A stretch of DNA of 64,000 nucleotides from Micavibrio sp. (GCA_002699085.1 PAAR01000009.1:7725-71724), one strand, 5' to 3'. Shown: positions 1 to 9,554, counted from the first letter of the stretch. Notes: generated by a model not told the origin, from the letters alone. Numbers and translations are program-made.

Positions 1-374
1 TAACAGGTATGGAGTTTAATTTAGCAACTGTGGCTGCCGTACTTATGGTTGGCGGCTATTCGATCAATGACACAGTTGTTGTTTTTGACCGTATTCGTGA
101 GAATATGCGGAAGTTCAAGAAAATGGATATGAGAGAGCTTTTGAATGTGTCTGTTAATCAAACACTATCAAGAACTGTTTTAACCTCGTTTACAACATTG
201 CTGGCTTTGTTCGCATTGTGGTTCTTTGGTGGTGAAGTAATCCGTGGATTTACCTTGGCACTGATTGTCGGTATTGGTGTCGGTACATATTCATCTATCT
301 TCGTGGCTGGTGCGCTTTTGGTTTATTTCAATATCCGTACTATTACAGCTAAAGAAGATAAAGCAGCGGCATAA
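1..374 (+). CDS. secF: Protein-export membrane protein SecF, C-terminal fragment (5' end outside window)
   Basis: Frame is open from the window edge to TAA 372-374. GGYSINDTVVVFDRIREN motif and terminal TM helices are typical of SecF. The stop overlaps the next start (TAATG). Confidence 0.85.
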   Translation, partial: TGMEFNLATVAAVLMVGGYSINDTVVVFDRIRENMRKFKKMDMRELLNVSVNQTLSRTVLTSFTTLLALFALWFFGGEVIRGFTLALIVGIGVGTYSSIFVAGALLVYFNIRTITAKEDKAAA

Positions 375-730
375 TGGACGTCACGCCACGCATTCATAGT
401 GATGCCCAAGTAATTCAACATTATAAAACAGACCATATTAAAATTAGTGGTCAAAGATATGAAACAACCGTTTTGGTTTTTCCTGATAAAGCAATTGAAC
501 TTGATATAAAAAGTGTGGCCGCTTTAAAACAACTACCTTCGGAAATTGAAGGGATAGATTTTCTGATTGTTGGAACAGGTGAAAAACAGGCGTTTTTGCC
601 AAAGGATATGAAACAAGCATTACGCGAGCAAAACATCACCGCTGAAGCCATGACAACAGCTTCGGCGTGCTCTATGTACAATGTGCTAATGGCTGATGGT
701 AGACGGATCGCAGCTCTGCTATTCTTATAA
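374..730 (+). CDS. Mth938-domain protein (DUF498, NDUFAF3-like)
   Basis: 118-aa ORF translationally coupled to secF. LIVGTGEKQAFLP ... AEAMTTASACSMYNVLMADGRRIAALL matches the Mth938/NDUFAF3 family, which is classically linked to secDF in alphaproteobacteria. Confidence 0.75.
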   Translation: MDVTPRIHSDAQVIQHYKTDHIKISGQRYETTVLVFPDKAIELDIKSVAALKQLPSEIEGIDFLIVGTGEKQAFLPKDMKQALREQNITAEAMTTASACSMYNVLMADGRRIAALLFL

Positions 731-731
731 A

Positions 732-1148
732 ATGATTAAGCTACGCCCCCATCATCTTTTATGTATTTTGAGCTATGTTGGTAAGGGTTATTCAGAAAGC
801 TTTACGGCTAATTTTGATGTACTTGCAGAACGCATCAATAATGGAGAGCGTGAGATTGAGATTGTTCAGGGGCCTGATGATATTTGTGCGCCTCGTTTAT
901 GTGATGAAAATGATATTACCTGCCATTGTTATGAAGAGCGGATCATTTTGCGTGATAAGATTGCTCTGGAAAACTTGAATTATAATTATGGAGATGTTAT
1001 TTCACTGGATCCTAACTGGATTAAGGATATGCGAGAGCGTTTTCATTTAGGTGAGAATAGACAAGCGTGCCAAGGGTGTCAGTGGTATGATCTTTGTACA
1101 GGTATTGCAGAACATGGTTTTAAAGAAGGTAAGTTAAAAGATGAGTGA
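732..1148 (+). CDS. DUF1284 domain protein
   Basis: N-terminal LRPHHLLC motif and Cys-rich C-terminal half are characteristic of DUF1284. Start placed at ATG 732, just after the upstream stop, rather than the overlapping ATG 696. Confidence 0.7.
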   Translation: MIKLRPHHLLCILSYVGKGYSESFTANFDVLAERINNGEREIEIVQGPDDICAPRLCDENDITCHCYEERIILRDKIALENLNYNYGDVISLDPNWIKDMRERFHLGENRQACQGCQWYDLCTGIAEHGFKEGKLKDE

Positions 1149-2517
1149 TAATAAGGTTCTACATATTATTGGGGGTGGTTTGGCTGGCTCTGAAGCCGCA
1201 TGGCAAGCCGCCTCTATGGGCGTGCAGGTGGTTATTCATGAAATGCGTCCAGTCAAACCAACGAATGCGCACAAAACAGATAAAATGGCTGAGCTTGTTT
1301 GCTCTAACTCTTTCCGTTCGGATGATAAATTTTACAATGCTGTCGGTTTATTACATGAAGAGATGCGCCAATGTGGTTCACTGATTTTGCGTGAAGGTGA
1401 CAAGGCGGCTGTGCCAGCGGGCGGCGCATTGGCAGTAGATCGTGAGATATTTTCAACAGCCGTGACAAAAGCTTTAGAAGAACATCCACTGATTACCATT
1501 GAACGAGGTGAAGTTATTGGTTTGCCCCCGAAAGAATGGGAACATGTTATTATTGCGACAGGACCTTTAACTTCTGATCCTTTGGCTAAAGCGATACAAG
1601 AATTAACAGGAGAAGATGAGCTTTCATTCTTCGACGCACTAGCGCCGATAGTGCATACAGACAGTATCGATTTTTCAAAAGCATGGTTCCAATCACGCTA
1701 TGATAAGCAAGGGCCTGCGGGTACAGGAAAAGATTATATCAACTGTGCTATGAATAAAGAGCAATATGAAACCTTTGTTAAGGCACTTAATGACGCACCG
1801 AAAACCGAGTTTAAAGAATGGGAAGCAACCAGCCATTATTTTGAGGGCTGTATGCCAATTGAAGTTTTGGCTGAGCGTGGTGTCGAGACGTTACGTTTTG
1901 CCTCAATGAAGCCAGTAGGACTTACCAATCCTCATTCAGAAGAACGACCTTATGCGGTTGTGCAATTACGCCAAGATAATAAGCTCGGCACACTTTATAA
2001 TATCGTTGGCTTTCAAACAAAAATGAAATATGGCGCACAAACAGAAGTGTTCCGTACAATTCCAGGCTTAGAAAAGGCTGAATTTGCAAGATTGGGCGGT
2101 TTACATCGTAATACATTCATCAATTCACCTAAATTACTTGATGAACGTTTGCGTCTTAATGCGCAGCCACGTCTGCGCTTTGCTGGCCAAATAACAGGTT
2201 GTGAAGGCTATGTTGAAAGTGCGTCTGTCGGGCTAATCGCAGGACGTTTGGCGGCGGCTGAAATCTTAGGGCAGGATTATAAAACCCCGCCATTAGAAAC
2301 TGCTTTGGGTGCCTTATTGAACCATATTACTTCTGGCGCAAATGCAGAAACCTTCCAGCCTATGAATATTAATTTTGGTTTATTTCCTGAGATTGATCTT
2401 CGGAATGAGAAGGGCAAAAAAATAAAGGGTAAAGAACGTAAAAAGGCTGTCGCTGAGCGTGCTTTAGAAACGCTAGATAAATGGTTGTTATCACAGCAAC
2501 AGAAACAGGCTGCTTAA
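1141..2517 (+). CDS. trmFO: Methylenetetrahydrofolate--tRNA-(uracil-5-)-methyltransferase TrmFO (Gid)
   Basis: 458 aa with N-terminal FAD motif [14 protein letters not shown] and VCSNSFRSD. Full-length resemblance to TrmFO. Overlaps the upstream ORF by 8 nt. Confidence 0.93.
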   Translation: MSDNKVLHIIGGGLAGSEAAWQAASMGVQVVIHEMRPVKPTNAHKTDKMAELVCSNSFRSDDKFYNAVGLLHEEMRQCGSLILREGDKAAVPAGGALAVDREIFSTAVTKALEEHPLITIERGEVIGLPPKEWEHVIIATGPLTSDPLAKAIQELTGEDELSFFDALAPIVHTDSIDFSKAWFQSRYDKQGPAGTGKDYINCAMNKEQYETFVKALNDAPKTEFKEWEATSHYFEGCMPIEVLAERGVETLRFASMKPVGLTNPHSEERPYAVVQLRQDNKLGTLYNIVGFQTKMKYGAQTEVFRTIPGLEKAEFARLGGLHRNTFINSPKLLDERLRLNAQPRLRFAGQITGCEGYVESASVGLIAGRLAAAEILGQDYKTPPLETALGALLNHITSGANAETFQPMNINFGLFPEIDLRNEKGKKIKGKERKKAVAERALETLDKWLLSQQQKQAA

Positions 2518-2518
2518 C

Positions 2519-3382
2519 GTGTACAAAGAAAACACCCAAAATGAATTAATTGTTTTTGTACATGGTATCCATGATTATTTAGGGATGCGTGGCGTACCAT
2601 TACTGCGTAAGGATTTCGGTCATTTTTTTATGGAGCTGGGCTATGACACGCAAATGTTTAAATATGCTCCCTTTGGCAAGTCGATTGAAAATCTGGCCGA
2701 TGATTTACAACTCGAACTCGCTGTATGGCTCGATAGACCTTACGATAAAATACATTTCGTGACGCACTCAATGGGTGGCTTGATTGTACATGAGCTACTC
2801 ACACGGACAGCGTATAAAATAGATAATTTAGGTCACGTCGTTTCAATCTCTCCACCATTTTATGGTAGCCCAATCGCTGATTGTTTGTTTAATCATCCTC
2901 AGAATCTGATCCGCCTTGTTTTAGGAAATGGGTTTAATATTAATCCGTTAGAGGCCATGGCAAAAAAGCAATGGGAAAAGATTTATGAGATGGGTGGCGG
3001 CACTGCGGGGAAACAATTGACGCATGAATACCGCACACAACTTCACTTTGACCTGCCAGATCATTCTTTAGGCATTATAACAGGTAATAAAACGGGTGAT
3101 TTATTCGGGCGTGTATCAGAAGTTTTTTCAGCAGAGTTAGAGGCTCTTAATTTCGGAGAGAGCGATGGGCTGGTTTCTGTCGCAAGCGCAATTATTAATG
3201 AAGACTTACAACATTTTTGTGTGGTTGATGAGGATCATATTAGTATTCTTGAGAGCCCTGTTGTCCGCCAACAAATATTAAGTTTCTTGCAAGAGGGGCA
3301 ATTTAATAACGCTTTAAAAAATTGTCGCTATCCAGACCCGAAGAGCCTTTGCAAATGGGGGAAGTGTAAGGCGGTAGTCTAA
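2519..3382 (+). CDS. Alpha/beta hydrolase, esterase/lipase-like (DUF676/PGAP1-like)
   Basis: GTG start 2 nt after the trmFO stop. LIVFVHG oxyanion region and nucleophile elbow HSMGG. Substrate unknown. Confidence 0.7.
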   Translation: MYKENTQNELIVFVHGIHDYLGMRGVPLLRKDFGHFFMELGYDTQMFKYAPFGKSIENLADDLQLELAVWLDRPYDKIHFVTHSMGGLIVHELLTRTAYKIDNLGHVVSISPPFYGSPIADCLFNHPQNLIRLVLGNGFNINPLEAMAKKQWEKIYEMGGGTAGKQLTHEYRTQLHFDLPDHSLGIITGNKTGDLFGRVSEVFSAELEALNFGESDGLVSVASAIINEDLQHFCVVDEDHISILESPVVRQQILSFLQEGQFNNALKNCRYPDPKSLCKWGKCKAVV

Positions 3383-4105
3383 AGCATCATAATCAACGGC
3401 TTCCAACTGCTTTTTGTAAAGTAAGGTGAGGGTTTGAGTTGCTTTTAAAAATTTAGAAGAGTCTTTTTTAGGGTTTTTAACTTTCAGGAAAATTTGCTGA
3501 ATAATATGTTGGAGTTTTTCTCTACTTGCAGAGTTTAATAAATCTTTTGATAAACCTTCTCTGTCGCATAAATCTTGCGGTAAGAAACGCCTGTTTTGAC
3601 GGGCGAAATACACAGTACTCTTTATTATTTTGACTAGTCCATATTGTGTAGCCGTTTCTTTGCAATCAGTGTCCTCGCCAATAATTTTTAAACAAAGCGT
3701 AAAAAGCGGTGTGTGCGTAAAATCGCAGTAATTCAATAACCCTTGTATATTGCTTGGTTGCATATCTTCTAAATCAAATTCTCTGGCATAGGTTAAGTCT
3801 TCAAATAATTTTAATGGTAGATCATTGTGCTTGATGGTTGTCACTAATGCTTGAAGAACAGGGTGCTCTTTGTTCGTTTTGCCTTGGTAGATATCTTGTA
3901 TCGCTTCTCGCCACCATAACAGGCGCATCAGACCAATCGTTGTTTCTGTGACAATTTCGCGCGTCTTGCTGATTTCGTGATTAAACGCAAAAACAGATAA
4001 GAGATAAGGTTGCTTGTCTTTTGGCATCAGCATAGCGAGTAGGTAAAAGTCTGGTGCTTCTTTTTTGATGAGGTTGGAACAATAAGCAAAAATATCTGTA
4101 GGCAT
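3314..4105 (-). CDS. Squalene/phytoene synthase-fold protein (NDUFAF6-like)
   Basis: 263 aa. The N-terminal FYLLAMLMP...VFAFNHEISKTREIV...RLLWWREAI pattern is typical of the short alphaproteobacterial SQS_PSY-family proteins homologous to NDUFAF6. Confidence 0.7.
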   Translation of the reverse strand: MPTDIFAYCSNLIKKEAPDFYLLAMLMPKDKQPYLLSVFAFNHEISKTREIVTETTIGLMRLLWWREAIQDIYQGKTNKEHPVLQALVTTIKHNDLPLKLFEDLTYAREFDLEDMQPSNIQGLLNYCDFTHTPLFTLCLKIIGEDTDCKETATQYGLVKIIKSTVYFARQNRRFLPQDLCDREGLSKDLLNSASREKLQHIIQQIFLKVKNPKKDSSKFLKATQTLTLLYKKQLEAVDYDALDYRLTLPPFAKALRVWIATIF

Positions 4106-4133
4106 AGGCGTTACTGTAAATCAAAGGTTGTCA

Positions 4134-4150
4134 AAATCCTATAAGGATTT
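4134..4150. promoter_or_regulatory. Perfect 7-3-7 palindrome AAATCCT-ATA-AGGATTT in the divergent promoter region (candidate operator)
   Basis: Read directly from the sequence. Lies 30-46 nt upstream of the sodB ATG and 29-45 nt upstream of the divergent ORF start. The binding protein is unknown. Confidence 0.25.
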
Positions 4151-4179
4151 ACATTGTTAGACAAAGAAGGAGATTCACT

Positions 4180-4803
4180 ATGACATTTACATTACCAAAA
4201 TTAAATTTTGACCCAGCAGCGCTTGAGCCACATATTTCGCAAGAAACATTTGAGTACCATCACGGTAAGCACCACCAAGCATATATTAATAAAACGAATG
4301 AATTAATTGCGGGTACTGATTTAGAAGGTAAATCATTAGAGACTGTTATCATGACGGCTCATAAAAAAGGCGATAAAGGTCTGTTTAATCAATCTGCGCA
4401 GATTTGGAACCACAGCTTCTACTGGGAGTGTATGACGCCGAATGGTGGTGGGGATAAATTACCAGATGCGTTGGCTAAAAAGATTGATACAGATCTTGGT
4501 GGTTTTGAAAATTTCAAAAAAGAATTTTCAAATGCTTGCGCAACACAGTTTGGTTCTGGTTGGGGCTGGCTTGTCATGGATAATGAAACAGGCGAGTTGT
4601 CAGTGATTAAAACACCGAATGCTGACTTGCCTATGACAGAAGGTAAAACAGCACTTTTGACTTGTGATGTATGGGAGCACGCTTATTACATTGATTATCG
4701 TAATGCCCGTCCTAAATATGTTGAGACATTTTTAGATAAAGTTGTGAACTGGGATTTCGTGGCAGAGCAGTTAAAAGCGGGTCCACAAAAGGTTGCGGCT
4801 TAA
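4180..4803 (+). CDS. sodB: Fe/Mn superoxide dismutase
   Basis: 207 aa. Has EYHHGKHH and the DVWEHAYYIDYRN metal-ligand motifs. GGAG Shine-Dalgarno 8 nt upstream. Confidence 0.95.
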   Translation: MTFTLPKLNFDPAALEPHISQETFEYHHGKHHQAYINKTNELIAGTDLEGKSLETVIMTAHKKGDKGLFNQSAQIWNHSFYWECMTPNGGGDKLPDALAKKIDTDLGGFENFKKEFSNACATQFGSGWGWLVMDNETGELSVIKTPNADLPMTEGKTALLTCDVWEHAYYIDYRNARPKYVETFLDKVVNWDFVAEQLKAGPQKVAA

Positions 4804-4808
4804 TTAAA

Positions 4809-6074
4809 TTATTCTGAAAATTCAGCTTTATCGGGTACACGCGAAAAAGCGATTTTGGTGCCGACATAGCCTGCGATTGTTTTTGGCGGGATACCGAAAT
4901 TGATGGTGTCGATGCCGTAGCGCTTGTTAAGCGTTTCAATGACATTGCTTAACTGTTCTCGGTGCTGTTTTACCTGCTGCCAATGGGTATCTTTATGGTC
5001 AAATAAATCGCCATTGGCAGTGGATGTCTCAGAAAGTCCGTGCATGGTGACGGATAATTTTTTCATTTTGTAAGGTTTTAGCTCGGTTAGCATCTTAGTC
5101 CATAATTTATTGAGCATATCTAAAAATGTAATGGTGTCATGGGCGGGTTGGCAATTCATCATCTGTGCCCAACGCAGGCTTTCTGTCGTGCGTACGGACA
5201 GCACAAAGTGCTTGGCGTAATGATTGCTTCGTCGTAAGCGCTGTGCTGCTTTGATCGTTAAGCGTTTAGCGATGTGTTTTGCCATAACGGGAGAGCGTAA
5301 ATGCGGGTCTAAAATACGAGAATGGCCGATCATTGATTTTTTAGTTTCTATATCGGGTATTTCAAATCCGTGTAATTGGTACCAGAGCCGTTCACCTTGG
5401 ACAGATCCCCATATTTTTCTAGCCTGTTTAGGAGAGGTTCTCCAAAAATCTTCCATGCTCCAAATGCCTGCTTTATTCAAGCGGTGGAGCATATTGTAAC
5501 CAATGCCTGGGATAGATGTTAACGGTATGGAGAAAAGTTTTTCTTGTAGGTTGTTTTTGGTAATAACGGTTAAACCATCTGGTTTTTGTATGTCCGAAGC
5601 GATTTTGGCTAATAAGCCATTTGGTGCTAAGCCAATAGAGCAATTGATTGCTTCGCCGACATTATTCCATATGCCTTGCTTAATGCGCTGAGCGAGCTTT
5701 ATAGCCTCAGAAACAGGTTGTTTGGGCAGTGGGAGGTAAGAGGACCATTCATCAATCGACCATACTTTACGGATAGGGGTGTGTTTGACAAATTCCTCTA
5801 GTAGTTTTTCATGGTATTCAACATAAAGATGATGCTTGGCGAGCACACATTTAAGCTGTGGGCAGAGTCTTTTTGCATCATATATTTTTGTGCCTGTTTT
5901 GATGCCGTAGGCTTTGGCTTCGTAAGAGGCTGCGATAGCGCATGTGTTATCGGTGGGCATGGGTACAACTGCAATGGGCTGGCCACGTAAATCAGGAGAT
6001 TCTTGCTGTTCAATAGAGGCAAAATAGCTATTAAGGTCTAAAAATAGATATTGAACGGTTTCTTCTTGGGGCAT
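4809..6074 (-). CDS. Y-family DNA polymerase, UmuC-like
   Basis: 421 aa. FLDLNSYFASIEQ (D-x-N as in UmuC, not the D-x-D of DinB) and the SIDE catalytic motif. No umuD, imuA or imuB neighbour. Confidence 0.85.
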   Translation of the reverse strand: MPQEETVQYLFLDLNSYFASIEQQESPDLRGQPIAVVPMPTDNTCAIAASYEAKAYGIKTGTKIYDAKRLCPQLKCVLAKHHLYVEYHEKLLEEFVKHTPIRKVWSIDEWSSYLPLPKQPVSEAIKLAQRIKQGIWNNVGEAINCSIGLAPNGLLAKIASDIQKPDGLTVITKNNLQEKLFSIPLTSIPGIGYNMLHRLNKAGIWSMEDFWRTSPKQARKIWGSVQGERLWYQLHGFEIPDIETKKSMIGHSRILDPHLRSPVMAKHIAKRLTIKAAQRLRRSNHYAKHFVLSVRTTESLRWAQMMNCQPAHDTITFLDMLNKLWTKMLTELKPYKMKKLSVTMHGLSETSTANGDLFDHKDTHWQQVKQHREQLSNVIETLNKRYGIDTINFGIPPKTIAGYVGTKIAFSRVPDKAEFSE

Positions 6075-6097
6075 TCTTCTCTATAGCAGAGAAAAAA

Positions 6098-6112
6098 GAA
6101 CAAATAAAGAAC
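6098..6112 (-). promoter_or_regulatory. Alphaproteobacterial-type LexA (SOS) box GTTC-N7-GTTC
   Basis: The plus strand reads GAAC-aaataaa-GAAC; on the gene strand this is GTTCTTTATTTGTTC. It lies 24-38 nt upstream of the UmuC-like ATG (6074). Exact match to the direct-repeat LexA motif described for Rhodobacter, Rhizobium and Caulobacter. Confidence 0.65.
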
Positions 6113-6123
6113 ATTTAAAGTCT

Positions 6124-7308
6124 TTAAATCATACTATCACGAAGTGCATCAAGGATAAGACGACCAATACTGTATCCAATGAGAAGCAAGAAAAAGACTG
6201 TTATCGTAGCATAAAGGCGTTGTGGTTCTGCGGCATCTTCTGGGAGTGTTGGTTCTACAATGCGGATAAGATATTTTTGTTTCTTTTGTGCTTCTAGTTG
6301 AGCTGTTTCTAATGAGACGAGAGTTGTTTGGTATCGCTGTAGTGCAAAATCTTGCTTAGCTTTTAACGTTTCATAATCTTCCAAAAGTTGTGATAAGGGG
6401 GCTCCTTCTTTTGTAGCAACCTGTGCATTCATGTCATTTATCTGATTTTGAAGGGCACGGATTTGCGCATTCATACTTTGAACTTTAGGACTGTTTTGGT
6501 TGTAAAATTCAAGAGCTGCTTTTCGTTCTGCCTGTGCCTTTGCCAGCTCAACTTCTAAATTCTGCATAATACCCATGACACCTGTAGCTTCAGTTGTAGG
6601 GTCAAAGTTTTCATTACTGTTACGAAAATTCATAATCTCTTTATTGATATCGATTAGATTTTGTTCTGACTCTGCGGCTTTTTCTTGGGCGAATTGCAAG
6701 CTGTCTTCTTGAATACGTTTTGAACTGTTATTCACAAAGCTCTCGGTTTCAATTAGAATGGCTTCTGCAAGATCTTGTGCCTGTTTGGGTGTAAAGCCTC
6801 TGGCGGTTAATACAAGAATATCTGTTGTTGTGTCATATTTTAGTTTAACAAGACGGTTAAAGCGATTAAATATGGCTTCTTTTGAGGCGTCTGTAGGCAG
6901 TTTAATATAAAAGCTAGCACGGTTATCATTTAATATTTGCATCAGATTGTGTTTATCAATAAGTGTTCTGATAAGTGCAGGTGATTCAATGAATGATTTA
7001 ACAATAAAAGAATCATTACCCGCTGGGCCTTGTGCTACTATTTGGGCAAACCCATCGGCGAGGGCAGGGATACCGCTTTGTTCAACCTGAACAGCAAAAC
7101 GGGTCTCTGAGACGTAAATATCAGAGGCTAAAAATAAAAAATAAAAAGCTGCAATTATGGCAGGTATAAATACGCAAACAATCAAACTGAGACTCAAAAA
7201 GGACTTCTTTGACTGAATATGGGATGGGGGCGGTAATATATGCTCAGCCTTAAGGGGGGCAATATTATCATTTTTTATTGTTTTGGACTGTACGTTATTT
7301 TGAGTCAT
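6124..7308 (-). CDS. kpsE: Capsule polysaccharide export inner-membrane protein KpsE (PCP-3 family)
   Basis: 394 aa with N- and C-terminal TM helices flanking a long coiled-coil periplasmic region. Size and position in the kps operon match KpsE. Confidence 0.8.
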   Translation of the reverse strand: MTQNNVQSKTIKNDNIAPLKAEHILPPPSHIQSKKSFLSLSLIVCVFIPAIIAAFYFLFLASDIYVSETRFAVQVEQSGIPALADGFAQIVAQGPAGNDSFIVKSFIESPALIRTLIDKHNLMQILNDNRASFYIKLPTDASKEAIFNRFNRLVKLKYDTTTDILVLTARGFTPKQAQDLAEAILIETESFVNNSSKRIQEDSLQFAQEKAAESEQNLIDINKEIMNFRNSNENFDPTTEATGVMGIMQNLEVELAKAQAERKAALEFYNQNSPKVQSMNAQIRALQNQINDMNAQVATKEGAPLSQLLEDYETLKAKQDFALQRYQTTLVSLETAQLEAQKKQKYLIRIVEPTLPEDAAEPQRLYATITVFFLLLIGYSIGRLILDALRDSMI

Positions 7309-8092
7309 TTATTTTTCCTAATAGGCTGTATCTACAATAGTTATAAAGAAAACTTTGCCAACTGCCAATATCTGTCCATAGCATATTACTCTCTATTACG
7401 GCAAGATTAGCGCTTTTTTCGATAATGGCTTTATCAAATGATATCGAGGGCAGTTTTTGTAGAATGCTTTTGTCATTCAATGCGTTTAAGATGTCAGGAT
7501 AATGTTCTTCATAAGCAGTTTTTAAAATATGATGTTGAACAGCGTAAATACCACTGTTCCAGAGATAGTCACCTTGGTGAATGAATTTTTTAATACTCGG
7601 CTTTCGGGGCTTTTCAATAAACTGAATAACATTACTATTTTTATGCTGGATATAGCCAAAATTTGGATCATTTTTACGAATAGGCAGACCAAAACACAAA
7701 ATATCATCTTTAAAGCTGTCTGTAATAAGTAGGTCATCTGTATGCGAGGCCAAATGATCTGCGGGTAAAAAAATGAGTCTGTCATTAGGAGATGTATGCA
7801 ATAATGAGAGCGCCACAGCAACAGCTGTATTTTTAGATATTTCCTCAGTAATAACTTTTATATTGTTAATGTTAAGTGTTTGAGCTTGTTTTACTGCAGT
7901 AGATTTATGACTTTGATGGCAAATGATGAGTATGTAATCTGTCGCTATTTTTGCGGCGCGTTTTAGACTATTCTGAAAGCTACTTTGTCCTGAAAAACAT
8001 TGAATAAATTGTTTGGGACGTTTGTCTGTTGAAAGAGGGGCTAATCTCTTTCCAATGCCGCCACAAAGAATAATTGGAACAATTTCGCTCAT
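7295..8092 (-). CDS. Sugar-phosphate nucleotidyltransferase (ManC N-terminal-domain-like, short form)
   Basis: 265 aa. PIILCGGIGKRLAPLS...RPKQF is the NTP-transferase signature of mannose-1-P guanylyltransferases. It lacks the C-terminal cupin/PMI domain. Confidence 0.7.
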   Translation of the reverse strand: MSEIVPIILCGGIGKRLAPLSTDKRPKQFIQCFSGQSSFQNSLKRAAKIATDYILIICHQSHKSTAVKQAQTLNINNIKVITEEISKNTAVAVALSLLHTSPNDRLIFLPADHLASHTDDLLITDSFKDDILCFGLPIRKNDPNFGYIQHKNSNVIQFIEKPRKPSIKKFIHQGDYLWNSGIYAVQHHILKTAYEEHYPDILNALNDKSILQKLPSISFDKAIIEKSANLAVIESNMLWTDIGSWQSFLYNYCRYSLLGKINDSK

Positions 8093-8802
8093 TATAAATT
8101 TTGGTAAGCCGTTATCCCATCTTCAATATTATCGTAATATTGGAACTTACCTTTATCAAGGACGACAGCACAATCACAAAATTTGCGGATATGTGCAGGG
8201 TTGTGTGAGACCATAATCATATTAGATTTCTTCTCTGAGCCAAAGAAACGTTCGTGCACAATATTTGTGAGGCGTTCATCACCAGTATTAAAGCCCTCAT
8301 CTACCAAATAGCAATCAAATCCAATCATAGCACTTAATGCAAAAATAAGGCGTGCTTTCATACCAGAAGAATAGGTTGCGACCGGCTCATCAAAATATTT
8401 TCCTAAATCTGCATAATATCGAACAAATTCAATTGCTTCTTCGATGTTCACATCATAGAGACGGCAAATGAATTTAATATTTTCTTTCGCATTGAAAGAT
8501 GCTTTTAAACAAGAACCACCAATAGGCCATGACATTTTTGTTTGACCAAATTCAATAGTACCTGCATCAGGGAATAATCTACCGAAAATGATTTCCAGAA
8601 GGGTTGATTTTCCTGCACCATTGCGACCTAAAATGCCTATGTTTCGATCTTTAGGAAAATCAAAAGAGATATTGTCTAACACAAGATGATAACCAGATTT
8701 TGTACGGTAGCCTTTACTGAGGTTACTAATACGTATGCAGACATTTTCGGGTAATGGTTCTTTCTTTAATTTTTTAAGGAGTTTCATATGCCCAACTTTC
8801 AT
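8092..8802 (-). CDS. kpsT: Capsule export ABC transporter ATP-binding protein KpsT
   Basis: Walker A GRNGAGKST, signature YSSGMKARL, Walker B CYLVDEG. An alternative ATG at 8787 would give MKLLKK. Confidence 0.88.
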   Translation of the reverse strand: MKVGHMKLLKKLKKEPLPENVCIRISNLSKGYRTKSGYHLVLDNISFDFPKDRNIGILGRNGAGKSTLLEIIFGRLFPDAGTIEFGQTKMSWPIGGSCLKASFNAKENIKFICRLYDVNIEEAIEFVRYYADLGKYFDEPVATYSSGMKARLIFALSAMIGFDCYLVDEGFNTGDERLTNIVHERFFGSEKKSNMIMVSHNPAHIRKFCDCAVVLDKGKFQYYDNIEDGITAYQNL

Positions 8803-9550
8803 AGCGGCGGATCATATACAGACCTGCAAATAATGTGATCATTGTAAATCCGATAGCATATTGCCAGTTTAAAAAAACATCGGAAACTATATGATCGGTA
8901 AATAACGCTTGTCGGAATAAGGCGAGCATGTGAACAACGGGGTTTAAAGCTAATATTTCTTGGGTGTGAATAGATAAAAAACTGAGACTTATAAAAACAC
9001 CTGATGTGAAATACATGACACGTCTAAGGATGGATAAGAACACATCAAAGAAATGAAAACGGCCAATAAGTGGCGCATAAAACATGCCCATAGATGCGCC
9101 AAAAATGACCATAAGGGTGAAATAAAAGACAACAGCTAAGGGGTTTTTAATATCGAAGTCGTGACCTGCTAGACGACAGGCGCCTAATAATAAGATCAGA
9201 ACTAAAAGCATGATGGCATATTCAAGAAATGCACGCGCAGCCATGATATGCAGTGTTTTAATAGTAGGGAAAGACAGAAGGCCTCTGTTACTTCTAGGTG
9301 CATATAGAACTGAAGTCATACCGTATTGGAACGCAAAGAATGGCACAACGCCAGATATTACAAATAAAGTATTGTCAATGTTTTCAACCATATCAAGACG
9401 TAGTAATAACTTGATAGCGACCAAAATTCCAACATGGACAATAGGTTCTAGGATAACCCATAATAGAGAAAGAGGGTTATTGCCGGCACGGCTGTTTATT
9501 TCACGAAGTAATAGGGCGTGCGTGTTTTTTATAAACTTATCGGCAATCAT
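8774..9550 (-). CDS. kpsM: Capsule export ABC-2 type permease KpsM
   Basis: Polytopic ABC-2 permease. Start set at ATG 9550 (258 aa, same length as E. coli KpsM), 4 nt after the kpsS stop. The longer ORF reaches 9592. Confidence 0.85.
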   Translation of the reverse strand: MIADKFIKNTHALLLREINSRAGNNPLSLLWVILEPIVHVGILVAIKLLLRLDMVENIDNTLFVISGVVPFFAFQYGMTSVLYAPRSNRGLLSFPTIKTLHIMAARAFLEYAIMLLVLILLLGACRLAGHDFDIKNPLAVVFYFTLMVIFGASMGMFYAPLIGRFHFFDVFLSILRRVMYFTSGVFISLSFLSIHTQEILALNPVVHMLALFRQALFTDHIVSDVFLNWQYAIGFTMITLFAGLYMIRRYESWAYETP

Positions 9551-9554
9551 GTTT

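Noticed and set aside
696-731. Upstream extensions offered by the ORF track: 696 for DUF1284, 19266 for coaBC, 41444 for parE, 41400 for the secreted ORF, 51163 for binding protein 1, 20396 for murJ, 61414 for nuoA, 56918 for sulP and 9592 for kpsM.
   Set aside because: The extensions overlap upstream genes, use TTG or GTG, or add residues with no counterpart in the families. Internal ATGs give canonical N-termini or signal peptides. Start choices remain predictions.
3314-3382. 69-nt convergent overlap between the alpha/beta hydrolase and the NDUFAF6-like gene. A 41-nt convergent overlap also occurs at 24186-24226.
   Set aside because: This is most simply explained by late stop codons in non-conserved C-terminal tails. 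I see no evidence of frameshift, fusion or antisense regulation from the sequence alone.
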